From Hydrolagus colliei (taxonomy: Eukaryota), in assembly GCA_035084275.1 (NCBI GenBank), contig CM068761.1, positions 9,114,001 to 9,178,000 on the forward strand: 64,000 bases of DNA. The letters are read 5' to 3'. This document shows, one piece after another, positions 28,101 through 37,734 of the stretch. The notes beneath the pieces were generated by a model, which was not told where the DNA came from, did not search any database, and worked only from the letters and a program-made list of their open reading frames with translations. Position 1 is the first letter of the stretch. Each line of letters opens with the position of its first letter. Position numbers and translations under genes: made by a program.

Positions 28101-31100
28101 AGCCGTCTCTCTCCCCCTTTCCCCCCCCCGGCCGTCTCTCTCCCCCCTCCCCCCCCCAGCCGTCTATCTCCCCCTCCCCCCAGCTGTCTCTCTCCCCCTC
28201 ACCGCCCCCCCCCAGCAGTCTCTCTCCCTCTCACCCACCCACCCCCAGCCGTCTCTCCCCCCCCCCACCCCTTGCATACCTGTATATTGTATTCGAGGAC
28301 TATGAATACAAGATGGCGGCTTTGCACCTCGGTCTGTGCATTGTGTATAGAGATGAGCATTCTGGGTCTTGTAGTTGATTGTGATCGCATCCCGATTTTT
28401 TACCTCGATATATCGTTTTTCGACATACCGATATTTTAAAAATGTCTATATCGGCATACCGATATGAAAATCATATTGGGTTTTAGCGATATACCGATAT
28501 ATCGCCGTTATATACACATCCAAAATTCTGCCTTTCCTAACCAGCCCAGTATTTCCTGAGTCTCCCCTCTATATCCCCCAAATAAAAAACAGTTCTTTGG
28601 GATCCAGGGTAATTTCTTCCTGACGGTCACAGTTCTGCTGGGCATTTTAGGAAATGTTTATCTAAGTGCATTATCTAGAGAGGGTGAGTCAAAGCCTCCT
28701 TGTAAACAATTATCGATTTGGGCTGGTTAAATGCACTTTTGGCTTGAAAACACTGGAAGTGCTGAATGCAGGAGGATTCCAGATGAAAGACTATAAAGTA
28801 CAGAGTTCCGTGAATTCATGTAACTTTTTTGAATTTTATTGTTGCTGAGGAAGATTGAGGGAGAGAATGCAAAGTTATTCATTATTTTTGTGCCTAAAAA
28901 ATGTGATATTTTATAATTATCCTTGCATATCACATGGCGCCTTATCACATTGTAGAGATGTCACAGGATTTTTTGTGAAGTTTTGACTTTATTTGTGGGC
29001 AAGCGCAGCAGCCAGTTTGCACACAGCAATGCTCCATAAACAGTCATGAAGTGAGTGACCAATTTTATTTGGGAGAATTGTTGCCTGGGGCAGCAGGAGA
29101 AATTCCCTTCTCTTTTTTTGTAGTGCAATGGTCAATTCAACATCCACTTGAGAGAAGCAGACAGGACCAGATAGGTTTAATGGCTCATCCAAAGGACAAC
29201 CTCTCTAACTCTGATGTGGAGTCCTGCAGCTCAGTGGTTAGAGTACTCACCTTTCAAGAGTGAGACCTGTGTTCGAATCCATGCAGGTCAGGGTGAAACC
29301 TTGGGCAAGTTTCCTTACTCCACATGCCTAATAATTATTCCTCCAAAAAATACACAATAATAAATTGGTCACTTCATTCCATGACTGTTTGTGGGACACT
29401 GCTGTGTGCAATTGGCTGCTGTGTTTTGCCCCCATAAATACAGTCAATTCACTTTACCGTATATTCTGTGAAACACTTTCAGACATCTAGAACGTGTGAA
29501 AAGCACTATATCAAATGCAAGGATTATTATTATTATTATTATAACTGTGCAGCATATCCCAGCAATGCATAGGAGTGTCAGACTAGACTGTATGTTCGAA
29601 GTCATGCCTCAGGGATTCAACCCATAATCTTTTGACTTGAAAGTGAGAGTGTTACCAGCTGAGCCAAATCGACACCTGCCTTTTTAGAATTGTTGTTGCA
29701 GTAATCTCTAGGTGTGCCTTACTCTGACACATCTGATGACACATCTGCTCTATAGTGAATCTGCGTGTTGAGTTTCGGATATCCTTGTTGTGATCGAGTA
29801 GGGGTCAGTGTTTGTAATGTGTAGGCACTTGTTTGTACATTCAGGTCATTGTGACTATGTGTGTGACTCTGTATCCCGGTTCCCCTTTCTGCAGTTCACT
29901 TGCTGTAACCCTGCCTCTTTGTGTTATCTAGTGCTGGCCGCCAGGCTGCCAGACTCTCCTCAATGCCCCACGCCTTTCAGCAGGGAACAACACTGGCGTA
30001 TCTGGAGAATCAGGTCGCAGCTGCAATGACGCTAAAATCCAGCCAGGAATACAGGCACTGGCTTCTCATCTACACTCGCTACCTGGTAAATGAAGGTAGG
30101 AGGCTGGGAATGCCATGTTTCACGTTGCCTCGAATTATTGATTCAACTCGGCTGCGCAGCATTTTGCTAACTGTTGTCTCTGATTCTAGGATTTGAAGCT
30201 CGTCTGAGGGAACTGTGTAAGGATTTGTTGGGTCCTGTTCACAATTCGTTCAGCAGCCAGTGGGAATCGACTGTGCTGGTAAGAAGCTAATTTCCTTGAC
30301 TTGCATTGAGTTATTGTACAGGATGAAGCGCATCACAAACGTATGTGACACAGATGCTATCCTTTGGCAAATTTTATTTCAATAATCAGAAACAGAGCTC
30401 CCAGCATTGCTCTCTCATTTCCTTCAGGTTCTTGTTTAGAAAGCGACAAATGAGATAAACAAACCCCATTGCTATCAGTAACAGCACAGAGCGGCCGTGC
30501 TTTGGGCAAGCGCTCTACAGCTTGTGCAGAGGTTCACCAGGTTCCGTGATTCTATCACACACACCCTCAAATGGCTCCACTCGCCAGCCATTCCCCAGAG
30601 GATAGAGTTCAAAATCTTTGTCTTCACCCTCATAGCCGACCACTGTCTTGCCCCTCTCTATTTCTGAGACATGCTACCCCATTCAGATCTGTCTGCAATG
30701 TCCTCTCAGCAGGCCTGCTCCATGTGTCCACCCCACCATTGGCAATCGGGCATTCAGTCTCCTTACCTGGTTCTATTGGAACTCTATCCTACATTTCCTT
30801 CAGCTCGTCCCCTCCCTTGCCTCCTCCAAGGCCTGTCTCAAGACCCTTTTCTTCGACACTCCTTCACCTACCCTCCTTTTCCCGCCACCCTCCTAATCCC
30901 AAACCGCAGCGCGGTTCCAAATCCTGACTGTCCGGCTCCTTCGGACATCCTCCCGATATGAAAGGCGCGTAGCAAACGTAATTTGCTATTGTTGTTGCTT
31001 GTGAAAGTGGGCATTGTAATGAAAAACATGGACTTAACAGAGGGCCATCTTGCAGTCAGAAAACTATTAAAAATAGATGAGTCAACACTAAAATGTTATA

Positions 31101-32268
31101 AAGTATCTGCTGCTTCTCCTTATTGCTTCTCCTGGATGGTGGTTTCCTGGTAGTGAAAGTATCAATCAGAATACTCATTTCCAACTATTTTAAGATTAGA
31201 ACCCAACAGAAAGAAAGTTTTTTCTCTCTCTGTCTTCCCTATTCCTCCCTTCTGATTTCTTCTACCCCCAAGATATCTAGCGTGCTGTTGTCTTAAACTT
31301 TAATAATTGCAGTCTGTTTTGTAGGATCTTTTCAGTCTATTGGGGAGTAGATGAGATGCTTAATCATCTTTTTGGCGAGCTGCTTGCCATGACCGGATGT
31401 GACAGAGTAAATAGAAAACATACAAACATAGAAATTTTCAATGTAGATATTTATCTTAGCTCAGGTGACTGTCTAGCGCCTTGGGACGTCCTCCTGACGT
31501 GAAAGGCGCTATACAAGTGTAATTTTGTTGTTGTTGTATTACCGCTTTCCAGCTCTATTCCCTTATTCCTCAATATTTTTACCGCTCAGTCATTAATAAT
31601 GATAATAATAATCCTTGCATTTGATATAGTGCTTTTCACATCTTCTAGATATCTCAAAGCGCTTCACAGAGTATTCTGTAAAGTGAATTGATAAATTGAC
31701 TATATTTGTGGGTGAAACGCAGCAGCTAATTGCATGCAGCTGTGTCCCACAAACAGTCGTGGATTGAAATGACCAATTTATTATTGTTTATTTTGAGGGA
31801 TTATCATCAGACATGTGGAGTAAGGAAACTTGCCCAAGGTTTCGCCCTGTCTGGAATTGAACCCAGGTCTCTCGTTTGTGAGGCAGGTGCTCTATCCACT
31901 GAGCTACAGGACTCCACAACTCTACCCTAATCCCCGAAACAGGTATCAGCTCAGAAAGACAGATTCAAGAGCATCGGTCTCCCTTGTGACTAGGCCATAG
32001 GCTTGATTTATTTGATGCAATGTCTCACAGTGAGTGGGGATCAACAGTTTAACTCGACAATGTAACTTGCAATGATATTCTCAGCTCACTGATCCACTTC
32101 AATGCACATTGCAAACTCCTTACTTGAAAGATCTTTCTGCTCCTTATCCAGGGTCTGCGGAAAAGAGAGCTGCTAAAGGAGATGCTTCCAGTCATCGGAC
32201 AGAATCTCAGATTCCAGAGACTCTTCACGGAGTACCAGGACCAGCTGGATCTGCTAAAGGACAAGTAG
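1042..32268 (+). CDS. HIRA: Histone chaperone HIRA, 3' part (13 coding exons, about human exons 13-25; 5' exons lie upstream of the window)
   Basis: Exons 1042-1127, 5928-6119, 10194-10364, 10592-10796, 11517-11615, 11870-12018, 16233-16394, 16564-16622, 18486-18591, 23486-23608, 29932-30095, 30190-30278, 32152-32268 splice in frame via GT-AG. Peptides match HIRA from memory (KKQIETRTADGRRRITP, IEPMKALDSRFTERSK, KKKGRPRK, LAYLENQVAAA, GLRKRELLKEMLPVIGQNLRFQRLF). Confidence 0.98.
3123..3985 (-). mobile_element. L2 LINE 3' fragment
   Basis: LKLNVNKTKALLIG and FITSRLNY motifs; (TTG)n tail. Confidence 0.88.
5928..6119 (+). CDS. HIRA: HIRA exon (DFSTAFFNSVP...PNKDG)
   Basis: attag acceptor, gtaagg donor, 192 bp, frame continuous. 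Confidence 0.95.
6264..6663 (-). mobile_element. tRNA-headed DeuSINE, full length
   Basis: GAGTCCTGTAGCT head with A/B boxes, Deu core GTGGGACACTGCTGTGTGCAATTGGCTGCC, (ATT)n tail. Confidence 0.9.
9280..9715 (-). mobile_element. L2 LINE 3' fragment
   Basis: LDYGNSFLVGLP and LHMLQIIKNS motifs. Confidence 0.8.
10194..10364 (+). CDS. HIRA: HIRA exon (...SRIEPMKALDSRFTERSK...)
   Basis: ttcag acceptor, gtacgg donor, 171 bp. Confidence 0.94.
10592..10796 (+). CDS. HIRA: HIRA exon (SSSDSEEK...KKKKGRPRK AT-hook-like motif)
   Basis: tctag acceptor, gtaatg donor, 205 bp. Confidence 0.95.
11517..11615 (+). CDS. HIRA: HIRA exon (AAPTTEKEAL...FKLPTPTPKKAFNMQ)
   Basis: tacag acceptor, gtgagt donor, 99 bp. 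Confidence 0.92.
11870..12018 (+). CDS. HIRA: HIRA exon (VSSDPAMYIEVENE...LTSRILTAAGS)
   Basis: ttcag acceptor, gtaagt donor, 149 bp. Confidence 0.96.
12132..12712 (+). mobile_element. L2 LINE 3' fragment nested in a SINE tail
   Basis: LHKLQIIQ and LHWLPIPQRIEFKIL motifs, TTG tail; SINE tail continues at 12711. Confidence 0.88.
14533..16145 (+). mobile_element. tRNA-headed DeuSINE split by hAT copy A (14533-14660 and 15918-16145)
   Basis: Head left and body/tail right, collinear with the 6264-6663 copy. Confidence 0.85.
14661..15909 (+). mobile_element. Non-autonomous hAT element, copy A (right TIR degenerate), inserted in a SINE
   Basis: Starts TAGGTTCTGTCGATAT, ends ...CTA; 8-bp TSD GTAGTAAG at 14653-14660 and 15910-15917; internal C-rich minisatellite. 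Confidence 0.85.
16233..16394 (+). CDS. HIRA: HIRA exon (DLVSVACEERTLSVFSTSGRRLLP...LSVW)
   Basis: ttcag acceptor, gtaagt donor, 162 bp. Confidence 0.96.
16564..16622 (+). CDS. HIRA: HIRA exon (DAKKLTVLVKDESLITILS)
   Basis: tctag acceptor, gtactg donor, 59 bp. Confidence 0.93.
18028..18445 (+). mobile_element. Older, longer DeuSINE family copy (SacSINE1-like)
   Basis: Head CTCTGAGTCAGAAG, degenerate Deu core; related fragments on the - strand at about 2080-2450, 7290-7560, 8130-8480 and 52850-53620. Confidence 0.65.
18486..18591 (+). CDS. HIRA: HIRA exon (NDITITQSLLTHHGVPVVTLSNGKSYCFNTSLCTW)
   Basis: cacag acceptor, gtaagc donor, 106 bp. Confidence 0.95.
19579..19893 (+). mobile_element. 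tRNA-headed DeuSINE, full length
   Basis: Head, Deu core, ATT tail. Confidence 0.88.
23226..23463 (+). mobile_element. tRNA-headed DeuSINE ending about 20 bp before a HIRA acceptor
   Basis: Degenerate head, tail CAAATGCAAGGATTATT. Confidence 0.82.
23486..23608 (+). CDS. HIRA: HIRA exon (NLISDKQDSLVQCADYRS...LCSGPLA)
   Basis: ttcag acceptor, gtaagt donor, 123 bp. Confidence 0.96.
25156..26205 (-). mobile_element. L2 LINE 3' fragment
   Basis: YADDTQLY, LRNLGVLFD and LHWLPI motifs; (TTG)n tail. Confidence 0.9.
26505..26763 (-). mobile_element. tRNA-headed DeuSINE
   Basis: Head, Deu core, tail. Confidence 0.85.
27196..28509 (+). mobile_element. Non-autonomous hAT element, copy B
   Basis: TAGGGAACGGCGATAT...ATATCGCCGTT; left flank GTATATAC, right residual TATATAC (7-bp terminal deletion). 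Confidence 0.88.
29218..29541 (+). mobile_element. tRNA-headed DeuSINE, full length
   Basis: Head, Deu core, long (ATT)n tail. Confidence 0.9.
29932..30095 (+). CDS. HIRA: HIRA exon (AGRQAARL...LAYLENQVAAA...YLVNEG)
   Basis: tctag acceptor, gtagga donor, 164 bp. Confidence 0.96.
30190..30278 (+). CDS. HIRA: HIRA exon (FEARLRELCKDLLGPVH...QWESTVL)
   Basis: tctag acceptor, gtaaga donor, 89 bp. Confidence 0.96.
30560..31000 (+). mobile_element. L2 LINE 3' fragment
   Basis: ORF2 C-terminal motifs and TTG tail. Confidence 0.8.
31595..31915 (-). mobile_element. tRNA-headed DeuSINE, full length
   Basis: Head, Deu core, tail. Confidence 0.9.
32152..32268 (+). CDS. HIRA: HIRA last coding exon (GLRKRELLKEMLP...LDLLKDK*)
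   Basis: tccag acceptor, 117 bp ending in TAG. Confidence 0.96.
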   Translation, partial: GLRKRELLKEMLPVIGQNLRFQRLFTEYQDQLDLLKDK

Positions 32269-33024
32269 CACTACACAGCATTACAAATGGGATCAATTCT
32301 CAACCCTCTGGGAGATCTGCTCTGTCCAGCCGGTGGCCCAACTCAGGAAAGAAGAACATTGAGGATTTGGGATTAACCCGGGAGAAGAGCCTGTGTTCTG
32401 TTACACAAAGCTGGATCACTCCAGTGGCAGATGTGCTCAGGAAACGGCGGTGCTGGTGCGCTAGCCTGAACATATCATTTCACAATAGCAGTACAGAAGC
32501 ACACTGAATATCCCAGAGATGGTCTGCAACTGCACTGGGAAGCGTTGGTGACTAGGAGGCCGGTGACAGCTCTCTACCCAGCAACTCGTTGCAATTGACC
32601 AAGATGGCATCTGCATCCAACGTGTAACGGACACTGGCCCTCTTATTCGCCAGATAGAGTGACTTGTGGTCGTAGCCCACTATAAGCTACCATGTAACGT
32701 GTACACACGTACTGTGTGAGACACAGCAGCTTCTCAGCTGCCCTGTCCTTTAGCAAAGGATGATTCAGATCTGTGGACTGAAACTCTCCATCTTTTCAGT
32801 TGAAAGATGAGCTGCCGAGTTCAGACTTTTGTATAATGTAGTTTTCTCTTTGGCTGATGTACTAAATTACAAATCCGTTACTGTCTGTCCTTGTTAAAAG
32901 TACAAAATGAAAAAAGAAAAGTTCTAATGAGAGTAACCATGGACCTGGTGGAAATGTACAGAATGCAATCTGCCCTTTGGTACCTTTTAACTGTTTATAC
33001 AGGCACATTTGTTTTTTTTTATAA

Positions 33025-33030
33025 AATAAA
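33025..33030 (+). terminator. Probable HIRA polyadenylation signal AATAAA
   Basis: AATAAA about 760 bp after the stop, following a T-rich tract. Confidence 0.6.
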
Positions 33031-35100
33031 GATAGAATATTGCAGTTCTATTTTTGCCCTTTTGAAGTTGAAATCTGCTCAATTTGCTCATCACTGTCAT
33101 GTGCGTCCATGGCAGACCTGACAGAAGAACCAGGGCTTGATTTATGCTAGAGCAAGGTAACATCCTTCCGAAACTGGACTCTTCCTTTCCTTGGCCAAGC
33201 CAAATGATGCATCACTCAGTTTAATTTTCTTTGCACTTTCAGTAATGTCCGATTACATTGTAGTTTCTGGCACTGACTTTGAAGGAGAAGCCAATCTTCC
33301 TAATTAATTATTAGTGGGCAGGAGAGTGATAGATAGGGAATATCATTTTAATTTAAATAACTGATTGAGATTGATATGTTTACACTCCACTTTCAATCGC
33401 TTGGGGAGTAAATTCACTATCAGCTATAGTACACTATCGCAATCCGCGACCATATCACTCCCACCCTCGCCTGTTTCTATGTCTGGAACTGGCCGAGTGG
33501 AGGCAGCAAGCAGTCGAGTGGGGTTATCAAAGGTAAGGAGTTGCGAGGGTATGAAGGGATTTGAAAACAAGTGAGAGGATCTTGTATTCAATCGTTCGGT
33601 AATTGGGAGCCGGCCTGGCAAGGACTGGCGTGACGGAGGTCTGGAGTTTTGTGGGTATTAGGATCTGGGTGATGAGGTCACTGATCCTGAAGCAGCTGTC
33701 CAGTGCCTCTCCACTTTCAACTCTCTCGTTCCCCTTAAATTCAGGTCTATCTCGAAACCCACCCGCTCCCCCTGGTACAACACTGATCTCCTCTCCCTGA
33801 AAACCCAAACCCGGCTGCTCGAGCGCAGGTGGCAGAAAACCGGCCTCACGGTTCACCACCAACTGTGGCTCGAGCATCTCCACAGCTACCGCCGTTCTTT
33901 GTGTCGAGCAAAAGCGGCTTGCTATTCCAACATTATCCTGGAGGCAAATAACAATCCCAAAGTCCTCTTTTCCACCACCCACCACCTCCTCCGCGCACCC
34001 CCTCAGGCCTCCTCAATCTTCACTTCAAATGCGAAGTGCGAGGAGGTCATGGATTTATTTTCCTCAAAAATCCAAAACATCCGCCAGGCAGCGTCATCCT
34101 CCTGCCTCTCATCTCCCTCTACCACCCCCACCCCATCCCTCTCACCCTCCTAGTCATCAACTTCTACCTCGACCCCCTTCCTACATTCCATCTCCCCAGT
34201 CTCTCTTTCCTCTCTCTCACGCACTCTCACCTCCTTGAAGACAACCACCTGCTGCCTCGACCCCATCCCCACCAACCTACTGCTCACCCAGCTCCACCTC
34301 CTCTGCCCACCTCTGGCTGATATCATCAACCAATCCCCCTCCACGGGATCAGTCCCTGCCCCCTTCAAAACTGCTGCCATCACCTCATTCCTTAAGAAAC
34401 CCTCACTAGCCCTCAAACTCTAGCCACTACCGCCCTATTTCTAACCTGCCCTTCCTTTCAAAAGCACTGGAATGCGTTGTTGCCAATGAACTCCGCACCC
34501 ACATCTCCTCCCACTCCCTCTTCGAACCCTTCCAGCCCTGCCCACAGTACAGAGACTGCGCTTGTGAAAGTCACAAATGACGTCCTCTCTATCTGCGACC
34601 AGGGTTCCCTCTGCCTCCTTATCCACCTGGACCTGTCCGCTGTGTTTGACACAGTCGACCACACCATCCTCCTCCACTGTCTGTCCTCCGTCATCCACCT
34701 CAGTGGGACCGCACTCGCCTGGTTTGAGTCCCACCTCACAAACCGCCAGCAGTACATCTCCACAAACGGCTTGTCCTCCCGCTCTCACCCGGTTACCTGT
34801 GGGGTACCCCAGGGATCCATCCTTGGCTCCCTCCTCTTCCTCATCTATACGCTCCCTCTTGGGGATGTCATCCGCAGACACGGGGCACACTTTCACATGT
34901 ACGCGGATGACACCCAACTCTATTTCTCCACTTCACTTTACGACCCCCAGTCCCCTGATGTTCTGTCAGCCTGCCTGTCAAACATCAGGAGCTGGATGAG
35001 AAAATTTCTTGCAGCTGCATGTTGACAAGATGGAGGCCATACTCTTTGGTTGTTGTCAACGTCTCCATTCACATGGTTCTCACCTCCTCCGCCTTCCCGG

Positions 35101-35384
35101 TAGGGTCCGTCGATATGGAAATTTTCTGATTTCGATATATCGCCGGCTCATATCGAGATATAGCGATATATCTATATTTTCGGGGCTTTCGTATTGCACA
35201 TGCGTGCGCGTTGTGAGGTGCGCGCTCATTCGGAGGTGCGCGCGTATTCGGGGCCTATTTCCTCAGGAGGGAAATATCTCTCTCTCTGTGTCGCTCACTC
35301 TCTCCATCTCTGTGCTTTTCTGTCTGTGTCTCTGTGTCTCTCCTCTCTCACATCCCACCCCACCCCCATCTCTCTCTCTCTCTG

Positions 35385-35454
<70 letters not shown>

Positions 35455-36003
35455 ATCACATTCCCCCCCATCACACATCCCCCCTGTCTCTCCCCTCTCC
35501 TCCCCGTCTCTCCGCCCTCCTCCTCGTCTCTCTCCCTACCACCATTTCTCTCCCGCACCCCATCTCTCTCCCAGTCTCCCTCCCCCTCCCACCGCCGTCT
35601 CTCTCCACCCCCCCGCTGTCTCTCCCCCCCCCCCCCGCCGTCTCTCTCCCCCCCTCCCCAAACTCTCCCCCCCCCCCCCGTCTCTGCCCTCCCATCCCCC
35701 GAAGTCTCTCCCCGGCCATCTCTCCCCCCCCATCTCTCCCCCCCCCGTCTCTCACCCCCCGCCCACACCCCTTGTTTACCTGTGTATTGTATTGGAGGAC
35801 TATGAATACAATATGGCGGCTTGCACCTCAGTCTGTGCATTGTGTATAGAGATGAGCATTCTGGGTCTTGTGCGCGCGCATTCCGATTTTTTTTGATATA
35901 TCGATTTTTCGATATATCGATATTTTTTAAATGTCTGTATCGGCGTATCGATATGAAAATTATATCAGATATAACCGATATATTGATATATCGCCGGACC
36001 CTA
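35101..36003 (+). mobile_element. Non-autonomous hAT element, copy C (complete), inserted in an L2
   Basis: 16-bp TIRs TAGGGTCCGTCGATAT / ATATCGCCGGACCCTA (15 of 16 match); perfect 8-bp TSD CTTCCCGG at 35093-35100 and 36004-36011. Confidence 0.95.
35401..35453. repeat. (TCTG)n microsatellite inside hAT copy C
   Basis: Direct reading. Confidence 0.9.
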
Positions 36004-37734
36004 CTTCCCGGTCTCCCCCTGAAACTCTGAACCTGTGTGCAACCTTGGCGTCAGGCTCGACCGCCAACTCCGGTCCCTCACCAGCACCGCTTCCTTCTAC
36101 CTCCGACAGATTGCCCGCTTCCGGCAATACCTCACCCCAAAAGCCGCTGAAACCCTGATCCATCACCTCACGGCTGGACTATTCCAATGCCCTCCTTGCT
36201 GGTCTCCCCTCCACCACAATCCATAAAATCCAACTCATCCAAAACTCTGCCGCCCGCATACTAACCTGCACCAAATTTCGCTCCTCCATTACCCCTGACT
36301 TCACTGGCCCCGTATCCCCGAGATGATCGACATCAAGATCCACACCCTTGTTTTCAAATCCCTCCACTCCTCTGCACCCCCCTACCTTTGACCTCTCTCC
36401 TCAAACCAGCTCCCATTGCCTTCGCTCCACTGGGTCTGGCCTCCTCCATGTCCCCCGAATCCTCCGATCCACCCTCAGCGGCCATGCCTTCAGCAACTAT
36501 GCCCCGAGGCTCTGGAATTCCCTCCCTCACTATCTTCATCTCACTCCCTCTTTTCTCAGTTTCAGGTCCCAGCTGAAGACCTTTCTCTTCGACCACACCT
36601 TTGGTCACCTTTCTACCCCTGTCCCTGGCTCGGTCCCAGGATCCGCTATTGTGAAATGCTCTGTAGATGCCGTCCGGCGTGGAGGGCGCGATATAAATTG
36701 AAGTTGTTGTTGTTGTTGAGGTTCTGAATTCATTCAGAATTCTGGTGAAACTGGGAGTCCAGCAAGGAGGGCATTTGAAAAATCGGGAAGTGACAAAGGC
36801 GTAAATGAGGGTTTCTGTTTCTGTGGGTGTGAGGTGCAAACAATGTGGGCGTGAGGTGCAAACAATGTGGGCAATGTGGCGGAGTTGGAAAAAAGTGGTC
36901 CTGGTCTCCAAAAAACACACAATAATAAAATTGGTCATATCAATGCACGGCTGTTTGTGGGTCACAGCTGTACGCAATTGGCTGCTGCGTTTCGCCCACA
37001 AATATATAGTCAATTCACTTCACAGTATATTCTGTGAAGGGTTTTGAGACGTCTAGAAGACGTGAAAAGCACTTTATCAAACGCGAGGATTATAATTTTA
37101 TTATCCACCAACTGGGTGGCAGTTACTACAAGGTTATAATTTGTCCTTCAGAACAGTTACTGTACTGTAGTAAAGTATTTACCTCAGAAATGTGATGAGC
37201 TCCAGTTCCTGATCTGACAGAAGAAGACAGGAAACTATTTACTCACTAGCTCTGTGTGTGTGTATGTGTGTATGTGTGTGTCAACATGCACACTTAGTAG
37301 TTGGGATATATCTAAAATGTTAAGTAAAGATTCAGTATGGATATTTAAAGAGGAAATCAAATCAACCCATATTTTAAAACCAGAGTATCAACCCATAGTG
37401 GGCTTGGAAACAACGTATGGTGCCATCAGGAAGCAGTTGTCTTGCTGTGACTCAGGATGGCTTTAAGGCTGGCGAAGAAAAATTTAGTCCTGAGTCTTGG
37501 AGTTCTGGAGCTCAGTCCTGGAGCACTCGCCTGCCAAGCACAAAAGGAGGAATGAGTAAGTGCACAGCAGTGTCCCACGAACAGTTATAGAAGCACAAAT
37601 TTTATTATTGTTTGTTTAACAATAAATTCGTTGCTTCAATAGTTGATGGATAAACTTGGATGTCAAGAATATCAGGCTGGCTGGCACATTGCAAATTGTC
37701 CTGCATTGGACCATCTCCCATGCTGAAGGTAGAT

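Larger units (their letters stand above)
33655..36718 (+). mobile_element. 5'-truncated L2 LINE, degenerate ORF2/RT, interrupted by hAT copy C
   Basis: HSTETALVKVTND, LDLSAVFDTVDH, GVPQGSILG and YADD motifs; frameshifts; (GTT)n tail at about 36703-36718. Confidence 0.92.

Noticed and set aside
29218-29290. tRNA genes at GAGTCCTGTAGCTCAGTGG heads
   Set aside because: Each continues into a Deu core and ATT tail, with no proper acceptor stem or T-run terminator; these are SINE heads.
34477-35025. Active reverse transcriptase gene
   Set aside because: The L2 is 5'-truncated, frameshifted and interrupted by a hAT insertion.
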